The notes below the pieces were generated by a model. It was not told where the DNA came from, did not search any database, and saw nothing but the letters and a program-made list of their open reading frames with translations. Positions 10,268 through 19,975 of a stretch of DNA of 64,000 nt are shown in pieces (the first letter of the stretch is position 1; every line of letters begins with the position of its first letter). The stretch comes from an uncultured Bacteroidia bacterium (lineage in GTDB: Bacteria > Bacteroidota > Bacteroidia > Bacteroidales > ML635J-15). Both the position numbers and the translations under genes were made by a program. The DNA lies in assembly GCA_902791865.1 (NCBI GenBank), contig CADAXK010000001.1, forward strand, positions 128,205 through 192,204, read 5' to 3'.

Positions 10268-11050
10268 TTACCTATTTTTCACATTCAATCCGCTAACTAT
10301 TGGATTGACATCATCTTCGACTGGCAGATACTCGACAAAGATCTTTTGCATCGACTTGAAAATGTTGTGACGCGCATCAGGGAAACGCTTCTCTATGTCT
10401 GCGATTATATCACCAGCCTGACGGCGCTTTGTCTTGTCCTCGAACGGACATTTCGCCCTTTCGGTTGGAAACCCCATGAGGTTCGCAAACTGCCGTATTT
10501 CACTGTTAGTCAACAATATTAACGGACGAATAAGTTCTACGCGACCATCAAACATCTGCAACTTTGCCGGCATTGAGCTTATGCTGTTATGATAGCACAT
10601 ATTTATCAGCAAGGTCTCTACGGCATCATCGAGATGATGTCCGAGAGCCAACTTATTGCAATTGTGTTCGCCTGTTAGCTCGAACAACCGCTTACGCCTA
10701 TGCCACGAACAAAGGAAACACTTCGATTTATTTGGATCTTTTTCAAAATCAACATTAATTTTTTCGTGAACAAACTCCACATCATTTTTGGAACAATAAT
10801 CCGCAATAAAAGCTGTGTCTGCTTCATACGGAACATTCTCGACATCAATGTGTACGGCAACCAAATCGTATTTTTCCTTACCGAACCTGCGCCTCGTTGC
10901 CAAAGTTGCCAGTAACGACATGGAATCCTTACCGCCACTCACACCAACCATAATACGGTCTCCATCAGAAATCAGTCCGTACTTGTTAACTGCCTGACCT
11001 ATCTTGGAATATATATGCTTTATTTTTCGTTTATCTGAGATTTCCGACAT
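10268..11050 (-). CDS. ttcA: PP-loop ATPase, TtcA-like tRNA 2-thiocytidine biosynthesis protein
   Basis: Has the PP-loop SGGKDS, Cys pairs (CFLCSW, KCPFE) and HHLDD. The start is set to the ATG at 11050 (MSEISDKRK), which removes the overlap with the upstream porin gene. Confidence 0.7.
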   Translation of the reverse strand: MSEISDKRKIKHIYSKIGQAVNKYGLISDGDRIMVGVSGGKDSMSLLATLATRRRFGKEKYDLVAVHIDVENVPYEADTAFIADYCSKNDVEFVHEKINVDFEKDPNKSKCFLCSWHRRKRLFELTGEHNCNKLALGHHLDDAVETLLINMCYHNSISSMPAKLQMFDGRVELIRPLILLTNSEIRQFANLMGFPTERAKCPFEDKTKRRQAGDIIADIEKRFPDARHNIFKSMQKIFVEYLPVEDDVNPIVSGLNVKNR

Positions 11051-11051
11051 G

Positions 11052-12062
11052 TTAGTTAACCCTAAATTCAACATTCAAATAAATGTACGATTTGATGGGA
11101 TTTGTGTTGACACGAGGCAACCAACCCTGATAATTGAGCGAAAGCCTTACAAAATCGACCACTTTCCAGTCGCAACCAGCCACAAGTGCCATACCGTCAT
11201 CAACCACCGTCCATGCAGGCACATATCCGGTAGAGCGAGACGACGTAAGGTAGTCGTACCGAGCAAATAAATTCAATTTGTCCTTTATTATACCATAAAT
11301 AATATACGCGCTCGCTCCGTGCTGAACAATCTTTCGAGGAGAAAACTTTGCATTATACTCGGCTCCTATTCGCAGTTGAGGGATTATTGTTGCGCCAGCA
11401 AATCCTCCGACAGTATAGAGGTCATCACCTTGAAAAGAATATGTAGAATGGGCTTTCAACTGCAATTCCTTGATTGGCGAATAGTTAAGCGATAGCGAAT
11501 AGTAATATTTACCATACGAAACGCTATCGTCCTTGATTGTTCCTGTCATCATACCGAACTCAAGCGACAGATTGTCCAAAAAATCGTATTTCCCATTGAA
11601 ACCCAAGTCGATAGATGGCAAAAACCTATATTCATCAAGGTATGATTTGAAAATATAACGTGCCCCCCAGAATTTCTGTTGCGTCATGTGTTGCATATTG
11701 TCAACCAAACCAGTGTTGAGCAAAAATTTTCCCTTTTTCCATGAAATATACATGGCACGCAAATACACATTCACAGTGTTGTAGTTTTGTCCCAACGGAA
11801 GATTTGGGCTGACATCCAAGCGGATAATCGAAGAAAATCCCTTTGGCACATAGAACTGGTAGCCGAAAGTAGCTCGCTTTATTTCAAAGTTGGGTTCATG
11901 TGTATCACCGCCTATCCCTTGATGAAAGTTCGAGAACAGCATGATTTCGGGAACGGCCTTATACTTTGATGTATCAGAAAGTGCAGGTTGGCTAGCATTG
12001 GCACATTCGACCGAAAGCACCGCTATAGAAATAAATATCAAGTATTTGAAAAAATGTTTCAT
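11052..12062 (-). CDS. Putative outer-membrane beta-barrel (porin-like) protein
   Basis: Signal peptide MKHFFKYLIFISIAVLSVECANA, alternating beta-strand pattern and C-terminal aromatic residues. The start at 12062 is supported by a -7 box at 12080-12087; the track start at 12251 lies upstream of that promoter. Confidence 0.5.
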   Translation of the reverse strand: MKHFFKYLIFISIAVLSVECANASQPALSDTSKYKAVPEIMLFSNFHQGIGGDTHEPNFEIKRATFGYQFYVPKGFSSIIRLDVSPNLPLGQNYNTVNVYLRAMYISWKKGKFLLNTGLVDNMQHMTQQKFWGARYIFKSYLDEYRFLPSIDLGFNGKYDFLDNLSLEFGMMTGTIKDDSVSYGKYYYSLSLNYSPIKELQLKAHSTYSFQGDDLYTVGGFAGATIIPQLRIGAEYNAKFSPRKIVQHGASAYIIYGIIKDKLNLFARYDYLTSSRSTGYVPAWTVVDDGMALVAGCDWKVVDFVRLSLNYQGWLPRVNTNPIKSYIYLNVEFRVN

Positions 12063-12079
12063 CAAAAAATAATTGGTTG

Positions 12080-12087
12080 CAAATTTA
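12080..12087 (-). promoter_or_regulatory. -7 promoter box (TAAATTTG on the minus strand) for the porin-like gene
   Basis: Exact TAnnTTTG match, 18 nt upstream of the ATG at 12062. Confidence 0.5.
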
Positions 12088-12129
12088 ATATTTTTTACCT
12101 TTTTATTTACCACAAATCCAAAACTTATG

Positions 12130-12137
12130 TATTTTTG
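12130..12137 (+). promoter_or_regulatory. -7 promoter box (TATTTTTG) for the 12162 gene
   Basis: Exact TAnnTTTG match, 25 nt upstream of the ATG at 12162. It is divergent from the porin promoter. Confidence 0.5.
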
Positions 12138-12161
12138 CATCGCACATAAAATACTACTAAA

Positions 12162-12776
12162 ATGAGATGCATAATATCCATAATAATTGCCCTGCTTATA
12201 TGCGTGGCAACCCTTGCACAGACAAAGTTCAGTCTGCTTGATGGAACACAATACAATGCCAAGGAATATACATTCTTCAATGACAATGGAAGTTCCATGG
12301 AGATAAAAATAGAAAAGAAAAACGGCAAAATCAAAAACAAATTCATCGACATCAATGAAATTTGGTCAATTGGCGATAGCATTCTATATGTTCCAACTCA
12401 AGAAGGCGAATATTCTGTTGAAGACATGCGTTCAGTTGTTTTGGGCAAACAAACTGCAAAAAGCGAATTCAATGCATGGTGGGCTTGTGCTGGCGGATTT
12501 GCCGTTGGAGCTGGATCAATGCTGTATTTCTACGGTCGTTTACGCCGTCCAATGATAGGTCTAGCCGTTCCTATAGCTTATGCAACAGGCATATCTTTCA
12601 CTCGCCCGACAAAAAGAGGAATCATAAAACGCCATCCAGAATACCGCGACAATGAATATTTCGTATACGGATACCAAAACAAAGGCAACAGGAAAATATT
12701 CACCAACACTATTATCGGCACATTAAGCGGTCTGCTTGTCGGTGGTTTGGTTTCGATGGCAATACCAGCAAAATAA
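12162..12776 (+). CDS. Hypothetical protein with a signal peptide and C-terminal transmembrane segments
   Basis: 204-aa ORF behind its own -7 box, with an N-terminal signal (IIIALLICVATLAQ) and hydrophobic C-terminal stretches. I recognise no family. Confidence 0.45.
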   Translation: MRCIISIIIALLICVATLAQTKFSLLDGTQYNAKEYTFFNDNGSSMEIKIEKKNGKIKNKFIDINEIWSIGDSILYVPTQEGEYSVEDMRSVVLGKQTAKSEFNAWWACAGGFAVGAGSMLYFYGRLRRPMIGLAVPIAYATGISFTRPTKRGIIKRHPEYRDNEYFVYGYQNKGNRKIFTNTIIGTLSGLLVGGLVSMAIPAK

Positions 12777-14161
12777 TGAGGCACATAATTGCATTTAGCA
12801 TTTTCCTTCTTTTTACCGCAACTACCATAAATGCGCAAAAAATTTTAGGCACTTGGCATGGCGACCTAAATGTAGGCAATGGTGTAACTCTTGCCATTGC
12901 TCTGAACATCAATGGACTAACAGCCGACAGCATAACAATGGACTCGCCAGAGCAAGCAGCATTCGGCATAAATGTTGACAAGGCTGATTTTTCAAGCGAA
13001 AACTTTGTCATAGAAATCACCAGTTTAGATGCGAAACTCGAAGGCAAACCAAATACAGACTGCGACACATTGAACTGCACATTCACACAGCGCGGACACT
13101 CCTTTCCGCTAACCTTGATACGAGGAGAATACAAGCCCAAGCCTAAGAAACAAGAACCGAAAGATTTTCCGTACATAGTTGAAGAAGTTGAAATATTCAA
13201 TCCAGAGACAAATGTAAAATTATCGGGAACGCTTACCGCACCTTACGACTACAAGTGCGACAAGATAGCAATTTTGGTTTCGGGGTCGGGACTACAAAAC
13301 AGAGACGAGGAAATCCTTGGACACAAACCATTCCTTGTCCTCTCCGACTATCTCACACGCAATGGAATAGCTGTCATCCGCTACGACGACAGAGGTTTTG
13401 GAAAATCGACCGGCGATGTCGATAATGCCACAACATACGATCTTTCGCTGGATGCCGAATCGGTTGTAAAATTCATAAGGAGCGACAAGCGACTGAAAGA
13501 CATGAAGATTGGAATTATTGGTCATAGCGAAGGCGGAATTATAGCACCAATGGTAGCCGCAAGGAACAGCGATGTAGATTTTGTTGTGATGCTTGCTGGT
13601 CCAGCAATAGAAATGTCAAACCTCTTGGCTAGGCAGAACTACGATGTAATAAAATCATCCGGTCAAAGCGAGGAAATTGCAAAACAATATTCGAAACTCG
13701 CACTTAAAGCATACAAGATTGTAAAAAACAAAAAGTTAAGTACCGACGACAAGAAAACTAAAGTCGGTGAGACTATCAAGAAAATGAATTCGCTTGTATC
13801 TGAAGACACTTCCGATGAAAATGCCATTCAGGAGAGCATCGATGTATTGTTTTCTCCATGGATGTACTATTCGTTGAACAGCAATCCGCAGGACGATTTA
13901 TGCAAAGTCAAGGTTCCCCTGCTCGCACTCAATGGCGACAAGGATGTGCAGGTTTACAGCAAAGACAATCTTGCAGGCGTTGAAAAAGCTATGAAGAAAG
14001 CCAAGAATCCCAATTACAAAATATTGGAACTAAAAGGATTGAACCACCTTTTCCAGAAATGCATTTTCGGCAGTCCTAACTTCTACGGCAAAAACGAGGA
14101 AACATTCAACGAGGATGCAATGAAAGTGATTGCTGATTGGATAAACCAAATCGGCAAATAA
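12776..14161 (+). CDS. Secreted alpha/beta-fold hydrolase
   Basis: 461 aa with a signal peptide. The nucleophile elbow is GHSEGG, and the later LNGDKD and LNHLF motifs are typical of the catalytic Asp and His regions. Confidence 0.7.
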   Translation: MRHIIAFSIFLLFTATTINAQKILGTWHGDLNVGNGVTLAIALNINGLTADSITMDSPEQAAFGINVDKADFSSENFVIEITSLDAKLEGKPNTDCDTLNCTFTQRGHSFPLTLIRGEYKPKPKKQEPKDFPYIVEEVEIFNPETNVKLSGTLTAPYDYKCDKIAILVSGSGLQNRDEEILGHKPFLVLSDYLTRNGIAVIRYDDRGFGKSTGDVDNATTYDLSLDAESVVKFIRSDKRLKDMKIGIIGHSEGGIIAPMVAARNSDVDFVVMLAGPAIEMSNLLARQNYDVIKSSGQSEEIAKQYSKLALKAYKIVKNKKLSTDDKKTKVGETIKKMNSLVSEDTSDENAIQESIDVLFSPWMYYSLNSNPQDDLCKVKVPLLALNGDKDVQVYSKDNLAGVEKAMKKAKNPNYKILELKGLNHLFQKCIFGSPNFYGKNEETFNEDAMKVIADWINQIGK

Positions 14162-14168
14162 TCAAAGT

Positions 14169-14648
14169 CTATTCATTACCACTTACTTCACAACTGTCTT
14201 TCAGTGTAATGCATAAATGTGAAAGTGCGAAAATGATGGCAAAGCATACAAGCAAATAATGCCGCAACAGTAAGCCATCAATCAGGAAAATGCATGATGG
14301 AATTATGGCAAGAGCAATGCGTTTCCAATTGCTCTGCCTATAGAAATATAGCGCATAAACGAACCAATATGCAACAAGAAGTATTATGTTGGCTATTGCA
14401 TAAATGGAAAAATGCGTATCGGATACGAAACCAAATTCAGCAATGCCGATGTTGAAAGCCATAAGGAACATAGAACCGTACCGCCCTACTTGCTCCAGAA
14501 TGTACATCGAACGACAACATCTGCATTTTACTTCCTGACCTTTGAACTTTATGGTGTACAAAATGTTGGGGATCAACATTAATACCACTATAACTAGTCC
14601 AAAGAAGTTTATCCAGTTCAAACCATCGATTATGCAATATTTTTCCAT
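14169..14648 (-). CDS. Hypothetical integral membrane protein
   Basis: 159 aa with about 5 hydrophobic helices. It is tightly packed (2-nt gap) downstream of the YfcC-type transporter gene. Confidence 0.45.
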   Translation of the reverse strand: MEKYCIIDGLNWINFFGLVIVVLMLIPNILYTIKFKGQEVKCRCCRSMYILEQVGRYGSMFLMAFNIGIAEFGFVSDTHFSIYAIANIILLVAYWFVYALYFYRQSNWKRIALAIIPSCIFLIDGLLLRHYLLVCFAIIFALSHLCITLKDSCEVSGNE

Positions 14649-14649
14649 G

Positions 14650-16248
14650 CTAAAATCCGTTGAGCGTCATATAGAGTGTTGGCAGGCAAAGCAGGAATCC
14701 AAGAATGACAAGCACAATCATAAATTTCCAGATGAACTTGAACCAGAGGTTGTAAGGAATCTTTGCCATTCCCAATGCCCCAATCAGTACGCCCGATGTC
14801 GGTGTAATCATGTTGGTAAAGCCATCCCCAAACTGGAAGGCGAGAACAGTTGTCTGTCGCGAAATCTCCACAAGGTCGGAGAATGGCGCCATAATTGGCA
14901 TCGTGAGTGCAGCCTTTGCTGAACCCGATGGGATGATTATGTTCAGAAAAGTTTGTATTCCGTACATTATCGACAGCGAAGCTTCCTTGCCCGTGTCCTG
15001 CATTCCGTTCGACAAACTGTTCATTATGGTGTCGATGATGTTGCCGTTGGTAAGTATTGCTATTATGCCACCAGCAAGGCCAACCACAAAAGCAGCCGAG
15101 AAAATGTCCTTTGCTCCATCGATGAACATTTTCACAATATCGTTTGCTGACTTATTCATTGCAATTCCTGCCGCTATGCCCATAGCAAGGAAAAGTCCGC
15201 CAATTTCCTCAACATACCAGCCGTAGCCCATCACGCCGACAATAAGATACAAAACCGTAAACAACAATAGGTTTATAATGTAAAAATGTACCGATTTGCG
15301 CAATATAAAGAACGAGGAGAGTACGAAAAGCCCAGAAACAATCGGTATTGCGGCAAATTCAAATTCGGCATTTCCAACCTTCAAATGGGACATTGGATAA
15401 AATACCGAGAACAGAATAACTGCCACGGACACAACAATGTAACTTGCCCAAGCCGATTTTGGAGTGTTATAAACAATATCATCCGAATGACTGCTGTTAT
15501 TTTTGCGCCAGTACTCATCTATGGAATAAGTAAGACTCTTCTGCGGATTTTTCTTTATGCGTGATGCATACCATAGTATAAACGAGAAGCCAACAGCATT
15601 AATTACAAGCCAACACACAAACCTGTATTCCCAGCCGCTGAACAGGGGCAAATCCGACATTCCCTGTGCAATACCTATTGTAAATGGATTGAAAATTGCT
15701 CCAGCAAACCCCAAATGAGCAGCAACATACACAAGACATAGGCCCGTTATCGAATCGTAACCCATTGATATTGCTAGCGGAACAAATATAATGACGAAGG
15801 CTATAGTTTCCTCGCTCATGCCGAATATTGCACCGAATGCGCTGAACAAGGTCATTATCAACACCATTATGATGTTGTTTACACCTATTTTCTGAAGAAA
15901 TTTCCGTTTCTCCAACCTTTTGCTGAAGCGTAAAAATGAGTTTATTCCTGCCGCCAAAGCCCTACTTTCGTTCAAAATCCAAAAACTTCCGCCGACAAGC
16001 AATATGAAAGCTATTATGCCTGCCTGTTTCTTGAAACCATCGAAAATAGAAGTGAAAACTTGCCATGTCTGCGGACTTGCATCAACTTCGTGGTATGAAT
16101 TTTCGACAATTACAGTTGTGCTTCCGCCATCGGGCAAAGGCTTTTGCGTCCGCTCAAATTGTCCTGCCGGCACTATCCATGTAAGGATTGCCGCTATGAC
16201 AATAATTGAAAATACAATGACGTATGTATGTGGAACTTTCTTGAACAT
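14650..16248 (-). CDS. YfcC-family (C4-dicarboxylate anaerobic carrier-like) membrane transporter
   Basis: 532 aa and polytopic. The N-terminus MFKKVPHTYVIVFSIIVIAAILTWIVPAGQFER and overall layout are typical of YfcC/ArcD-like transporters. Confidence 0.7.
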   Translation of the reverse strand: MFKKVPHTYVIVFSIIVIAAILTWIVPAGQFERTQKPLPDGGSTTVIVENSYHEVDASPQTWQVFTSIFDGFKKQAGIIAFILLVGGSFWILNESRALAAGINSFLRFSKRLEKRKFLQKIGVNNIIMVLIMTLFSAFGAIFGMSEETIAFVIIFVPLAISMGYDSITGLCLVYVAAHLGFAGAIFNPFTIGIAQGMSDLPLFSGWEYRFVCWLVINAVGFSFILWYASRIKKNPQKSLTYSIDEYWRKNNSSHSDDIVYNTPKSAWASYIVVSVAVILFSVFYPMSHLKVGNAEFEFAAIPIVSGLFVLSSFFILRKSVHFYIINLLLFTVLYLIVGVMGYGWYVEEIGGLFLAMGIAAGIAMNKSANDIVKMFIDGAKDIFSAAFVVGLAGGIIAILTNGNIIDTIMNSLSNGMQDTGKEASLSIMYGIQTFLNIIIPSGSAKAALTMPIMAPFSDLVEISRQTTVLAFQFGDGFTNMITPTSGVLIGALGMAKIPYNLWFKFIWKFMIVLVILGFLLCLPTLYMTLNGF

Positions 16249-16310
16249 TGTTTGCTAAATTTGTGTGCAAAGATAAGGTTTTACACGAACTTATACGATT
16301 GTTGCAAAAC

Positions 16311-16340
16311 AAAAAAAATCCCCGCACCTAAGGTACGAGG
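16311..16340 (-). terminator. Rho-independent terminator downstream of the DUF3078 gene
   Basis: On the minus strand: CCTCGTACC-TTA-GGTGCGGGG (9 bp including G-U pairs) followed by ATTTTTTTT. Confidence 0.6.
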
Positions 16341-16370
16341 ACATTTTATTTTTGAACCAAGATATTGCGA

Positions 16371-17345
16371 CTAGAACTTATATGTAAAGCCCAATCCCAA
16401 TAATTCCTTGAACTGCAATCTCTTTCCAACGCCTTCGCAAACACCGTCGCCATCGCGGTCAACAGGAACATCTACATCGTCATCGTATGCAAGCGTAATG
16501 CTCAAGTTAGCCGAGAACCAGTCGCTAATCTTCAATGTCAGCAAGTTCTCCCAGTTCATATCTACATTCTGCGCCTTTACAATGTAGTTGGAGAATAAGT
16601 CGAGCTTCGTGGTATAAGTGAACACCTTCAGGAAATCAATCTTGAACTGAGCCTTTACATATCCACCGAATTCAGGACGGAACTTCTTGCCCGGGGTCAA
16701 CATCACACCATTGTCATCGAATGTCGCGCCTTCAACACCGTATGCTCCTTGTGCTGAAAGTGCCGAATCGAGAACAAATGTCATCCTGCCCGACAACGGT
16801 GCTATAAGCAATGAGAACGACATGTTGGGATGATTTTCGAAGGTCGGCTTGAAGTCCATACCAAGAGCTATGTTCAAGTATGCCGGCGACATCCATGATG
16901 AAATTCTCGTTGAATCGGTAATCGACTTGTAACCATCGGCAAACTGAGTCTTGAAGCCAACCAAAGCCGAATAGTACCAGTACTTAAACGCATAACGTCC
17001 GTATTTCGATGCCAAGTCAATCTTATCATCTGTCTTGTAGAACAAAATGCCAGTCTTCTTTGTTCCCTGACGCATCATACCATAACCCAAATCAAGTGTA
17101 TTATCCCATGTGGTCTTGTCCTTTGCGTAATTGGCAAATGCATTGAAAAATACATTTCCCGAAATGGATGGGTCACCACCACCAGCCCAGTTCTTGAACG
17201 AAACCTGCGAGAAATTCAACGCTGCGGCTCCACCAAGTTTCCAGTTCTCATTCTTTTTCTTTGCCGAAGAGTCGGCTGCTTCCTGTGCGAATACTATTGT
17301 TCCGCTCAACAACACTGACAAAAATACAATTAAATACTTTTTCAT
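16371..17345 (-). CDS. DUF3078-like outer-membrane beta-barrel protein
   Basis: Signal peptide followed by WKLGGAAALNFSQVSFKNWAGGGDPSISGNVFFNAFANY, which matches my memory of DUF3078 proteins. Confidence 0.65.
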   Translation of the reverse strand: MKKYLIVFLSVLLSGTIVFAQEAADSSAKKKNENWKLGGAAALNFSQVSFKNWAGGGDPSISGNVFFNAFANYAKDKTTWDNTLDLGYGMMRQGTKKTGILFYKTDDKIDLASKYGRYAFKYWYYSALVGFKTQFADGYKSITDSTRISSWMSPAYLNIALGMDFKPTFENHPNMSFSLLIAPLSGRMTFVLDSALSAQGAYGVEGATFDDNGVMLTPGKKFRPEFGGYVKAQFKIDFLKVFTYTTKLDLFSNYIVKAQNVDMNWENLLTLKISDWFSANLSITLAYDDDVDVPVDRDGDGVCEGVGKRLQFKELLGLGFTYKF

Positions 17346-17347
17346 AA

Positions 17348-18301
17348 TTATTTATTTATTTCGTTATTTCCTTTCAAATGAACATCAACCTGCGGGAACG
17401 GGAACTCGATTCCTTCCTCGTTGAATGTCGAATATACCTTATTGTAAAAGTCGAAGAACACTCCCCAGTAGTCTTGAGAATTCACCCATGCCCTTACCAC
17501 AATGTTGACAGAAGAATCGCCAAGTCCAGTAATCGACACGAAAACGGCTGGATCTTTCAACACCCGTTCATCGGCATCGAGAATGCGCATAATAACATCT
17601 TTCGCCACATTGAAATCTGTTCCATACGATACGCCCACTTCCCAATCAACCCTGCGCGTAGGCTGCTTGGAGTAATTTGTAAGCGTGTTTGTAGCCAGCA
17701 CACTGTTAGGCACTATTGTGGTCTTGTTGTCAACAGTAGTAATTATCGTATTGAATATCTGAATCTCCTTAACAAACCCCGAAACTCCTTGAGCTTCGAC
17801 ATAGTCATCAACCTTGTACGGCTTGAATATCAATATCATGACACCGCTGGCAAAATTAGATAGCGTTCCCTGCAAAGCCATACCAATGGCTATACCTGCG
17901 GCACCCAAAACAGCGATGAAGGAGGTCATCTGAATTCCGACCATGCCCATAACGCTAATGATAATCATTATCTTAAGGGCAATGTTTACAAGACTCGACA
18001 CGAAAGAAATAAGTCCAGGATCGGCATTCTTGCGAGCCATCATTTTCCGCAATGCCTTAACAATCAACTTAGAGACCCAGAATCCTATGAAGAGGAAAGC
18101 CAAGGCTCCCATAAGCGATACACAGAACGACAAGCCACTGGTAGTTAGCCAGTTAATAGCAGAATCGAACCACGAAATACTTTGGCTCACAATCTCTTGG
18201 GGACTTTTGGGATCAATCGAAACCAATTTTTCGCCCACTTCCTTTACAGTATCTGAAATTGTGGTGTCGGCTTGCGACAACAATATGTCTGTTTGTATCA
18301 T
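17348..18301 (-). CDS. Mechanosensitive ion channel (MscS family)
   Basis: Three TM helices followed by the MscS beta-domain ([42 protein letters not shown]). The start at 18301 is chosen because the -7 box at 18326-18333 overlaps the track start at 18328. Confidence 0.8.
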   Translation of the reverse strand: MIQTDILLSQADTTISDTVKEVGEKLVSIDPKSPQEIVSQSISWFDSAINWLTTSGLSFCVSLMGALAFLFIGFWVSKLIVKALRKMMARKNADPGLISFVSSLVNIALKIMIIISVMGMVGIQMTSFIAVLGAAGIAIGMALQGTLSNFASGVMILIFKPYKVDDYVEAQGVSGFVKEIQIFNTIITTVDNKTTIVPNSVLATNTLTNYSKQPTRRVDWEVGVSYGTDFNVAKDVIMRILDADERVLKDPAVFVSITGLGDSSVNIVVRAWVNSQDYWGVFFDFYNKVYSTFNEEGIEFPFPQVDVHLKGNNEINK

Positions 18302-18325
18302 TTGATAAATATAGAAAAAACGGCG

Positions 18326-18333
18326 CAAAGGTA
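18326..18333 (-). promoter_or_regulatory. -7 promoter box (TACCTTTG on the minus strand) for the MscS gene
   Basis: Exact TAnnTTTG match, 25 nt upstream of the ATG at 18301. Confidence 0.5.
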
Positions 18334-18339
18334 AAACTA

Positions 18340-18374
18340 ATTTACGATTTGAGATTTACGATTTGGGATTTATT
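18340..18374. repeat. Degenerate 7-bp tandem array (ATTTNNG x5)
   Basis: The sequence reads atttacg atttgag atttacg atttggg atttatt. It lies immediately upstream of the MscS promoter box. Confidence 0.8.
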
Positions 18375-18451
18375 TTAGTTTTTTTCTTACACCTCAATAT
18401 TTTTCTGCTAACTAACATTTTTATTTAGGATTTTCGTATTACAAATATTCT

Positions 18452-18459
18452 TATCTTTG
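18452..18459 (+). promoter_or_regulatory. -7 promoter box (TATCTTTG) for fba
   Basis: Exact TAnnTTTG match. The track start at 18459 (GTG) lies inside this box, so the ATG at 18513 is used instead. Confidence 0.5.
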
Positions 18460-18512
18460 TGGAAAATTTAAATGCAAAATATAAACGATTAAAAAACAAT
18501 AAAATTTTCATT

Positions 18513-19514
18513 ATGGTAAGTTATAAGGAATTAGGACTTGTCAACACCGTTGAGATGTTCAAGAAAGCAGTCGCTGGCGGATATGCAATCCCAGCATTCA
18601 ACTTTAACAACATGGAACAGATGCAGGCCATCATTCAGGCATGTGCAGAAACAAAATCTCCAGTTATACTTCAAGTTTCGAGCGGAGCACGCAAGTACGC
18701 CAACCAGACAATCTTGAGATACATGGCAGAAGGCGCTGTACAGTACGCAAAGGAACTCGGGTGGGAACACCCGCAGATTTGCCTCCACCTCGACCACGGC
18801 GATACTTTCGAACTATGCAAGAGCTGCGTAGACATGGGATTCTCGTCAGTTATGATCGATGCATCGTCGCTTCCTTTCGAGGAAAACATAAAGCTCACAA
18901 AGCAGGTTGTTGAATATGCTCACAAGTACGATGTTACTGTAGAAGCTGAACTTGGCGTTTTGGCTGGCGTTGAAGACGAGGTTTCGGCAGAAGAATCACA
19001 CTACACAAAGCCAGAAGAAGTTATCGAATTTGCAACACGTAGCGGATGCGACTCGTTGGCAATCTCAATAGGGACTTCGCATGGTGCATACAAGTTCAAA
19101 CCGGAACAGTGCAAGGTAGACCCGGCAACAGGTCGTCTTGTTCCTCCGCCTCTGGCATTCGACGTACTTCACGAAATCGAAAAGAAGCTTCCTGGATTCC
19201 CGATTGTTCTCCACGGATCATCATCGGTACCTCAGGAAGAAGTTGACACAATCAACAAGTACGGAGGTGCTTTGAAGGCTGCTGTAGGTATTCCAGAGGA
19301 ACAGCTTCGCGAAGCAGCTAAGTCGGCAGTTTGCAAGATCAACATCGACTCCGACAGCCGTCTTGCAATGACAGCAGCAATCCGCAAGGTATTCGCTGAA
19401 AAGCCAGCTGAATTCGACCCGAGAAAGTACTTAGGCCCAGCTCGCGACAGCATGAAGAAACTTTACATGCACAAGATTATCAACGTTCTTGGTAGCGCAG
19501 GCAAGGCTGAATAA
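18513..19514 (+). CDS. fba: Class II fructose-1,6-bisphosphate aldolase
   Basis: MVSYKELGLVNT...GYAIPAFNFNNMEQ...LHLDHG...GTSHGAYKF...LHGSS are hallmark class II FBA blocks. Confidence 0.9.
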   Translation: MVSYKELGLVNTVEMFKKAVAGGYAIPAFNFNNMEQMQAIIQACAETKSPVILQVSSGARKYANQTILRYMAEGAVQYAKELGWEHPQICLHLDHGDTFELCKSCVDMGFSSVMIDASSLPFEENIKLTKQVVEYAHKYDVTVEAELGVLAGVEDEVSAEESHYTKPEEVIEFATRSGCDSLAISIGTSHGAYKFKPEQCKVDPATGRLVPPPLAFDVLHEIEKKLPGFPIVLHGSSSVPQEEVDTINKYGGALKAAVGIPEEQLREAAKSAVCKINIDSDSRLAMTAAIRKVFAEKPAEFDPRKYLGPARDSMKKLYMHKIINVLGSAGKAE

Positions 19515-19530
19515 TAGAATTAGCATAAAC

Positions 19531-19561
19531 AAAAAAGCCGTGGCAATGCTACGGCTTTTTT
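19531..19561 (+). terminator. Rho-independent terminator after fba
   Basis: AGCCGT-9 nt loop-ACGGCT followed by TTTTTT, preceded by an A-run. Confidence 0.7.
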
Positions 19562-19907
19562 CGTTATTATTGGGTCAGCCGACATATCAAGTGGAGTTAA
19601 ATGATAAGAATTTCTTACATAAAGGAATTTGATTATCTACTTTTTTAGCATTCCGCTCCAGCCGCGGAGGCTTTTACTTTTTTGTTGGCAAAAAAGTAAA
19701 CAAAAAACCATGTCCGCTGAGTCTGCTTCGCTAAAAATCTGCTACTCTACGCTAAAAGTCAGAAACTTGTCTACGTTTCACTACGACTTCAAACAGTCTG
19801 ACTTTTTACGCTTCGTTCCACCGATTTTCTTAACGCTCACCAGCCAAGGCGGCAATCAAGGTGTTGCTTACTTCGTACCGCAAACCAAAGGTTGCTAGCG
19901 CAATGGA

Positions 19908-19946
19908 TAAAAAAACGAAATCCGTCTTCGTAAGATTCCGTTTTTT
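19908..19946. terminator. Bidirectional terminator-like hairpin
   Basis: A-run, then ACGAAATC...GATTCCGT (7 of 8 bp), then TTTTTT. It lies just downstream of the minus-strand 19976 gene and at the end of the structured intergenic region. Confidence 0.5.
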
Positions 19947-19975
19947 AACATACAGTAATATATTTCTTTCAAATC

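Noticed and set aside
11052-12251. Longest-ORF starts from the track for several genes: 12251 (porin), 6320 (porP/sprF), 18328 (MscS), 18459 (fba), 25075 (DUF2851), 31010 (glycosyltransferase), 11074 (ttcA) and 61635 (lipoprotein).
   Set aside because: In each case the extension precedes the signal peptide or conserved N-terminus. In most cases (porin, MscS, fba, DUF2851 and the glycosyltransferase) it also lies upstream of, or inside, an exact TAnnTTTG -7 box. Internal starts were adopted.
19629-19898. An 89-aa + strand ORF in the gap after fba.
   Set aside because: The composition is low-complexity and it overlaps two long hairpins. It has no exact -7 box or plausible start context. It resembles pseudo-peptides produced by non-coding repeats.
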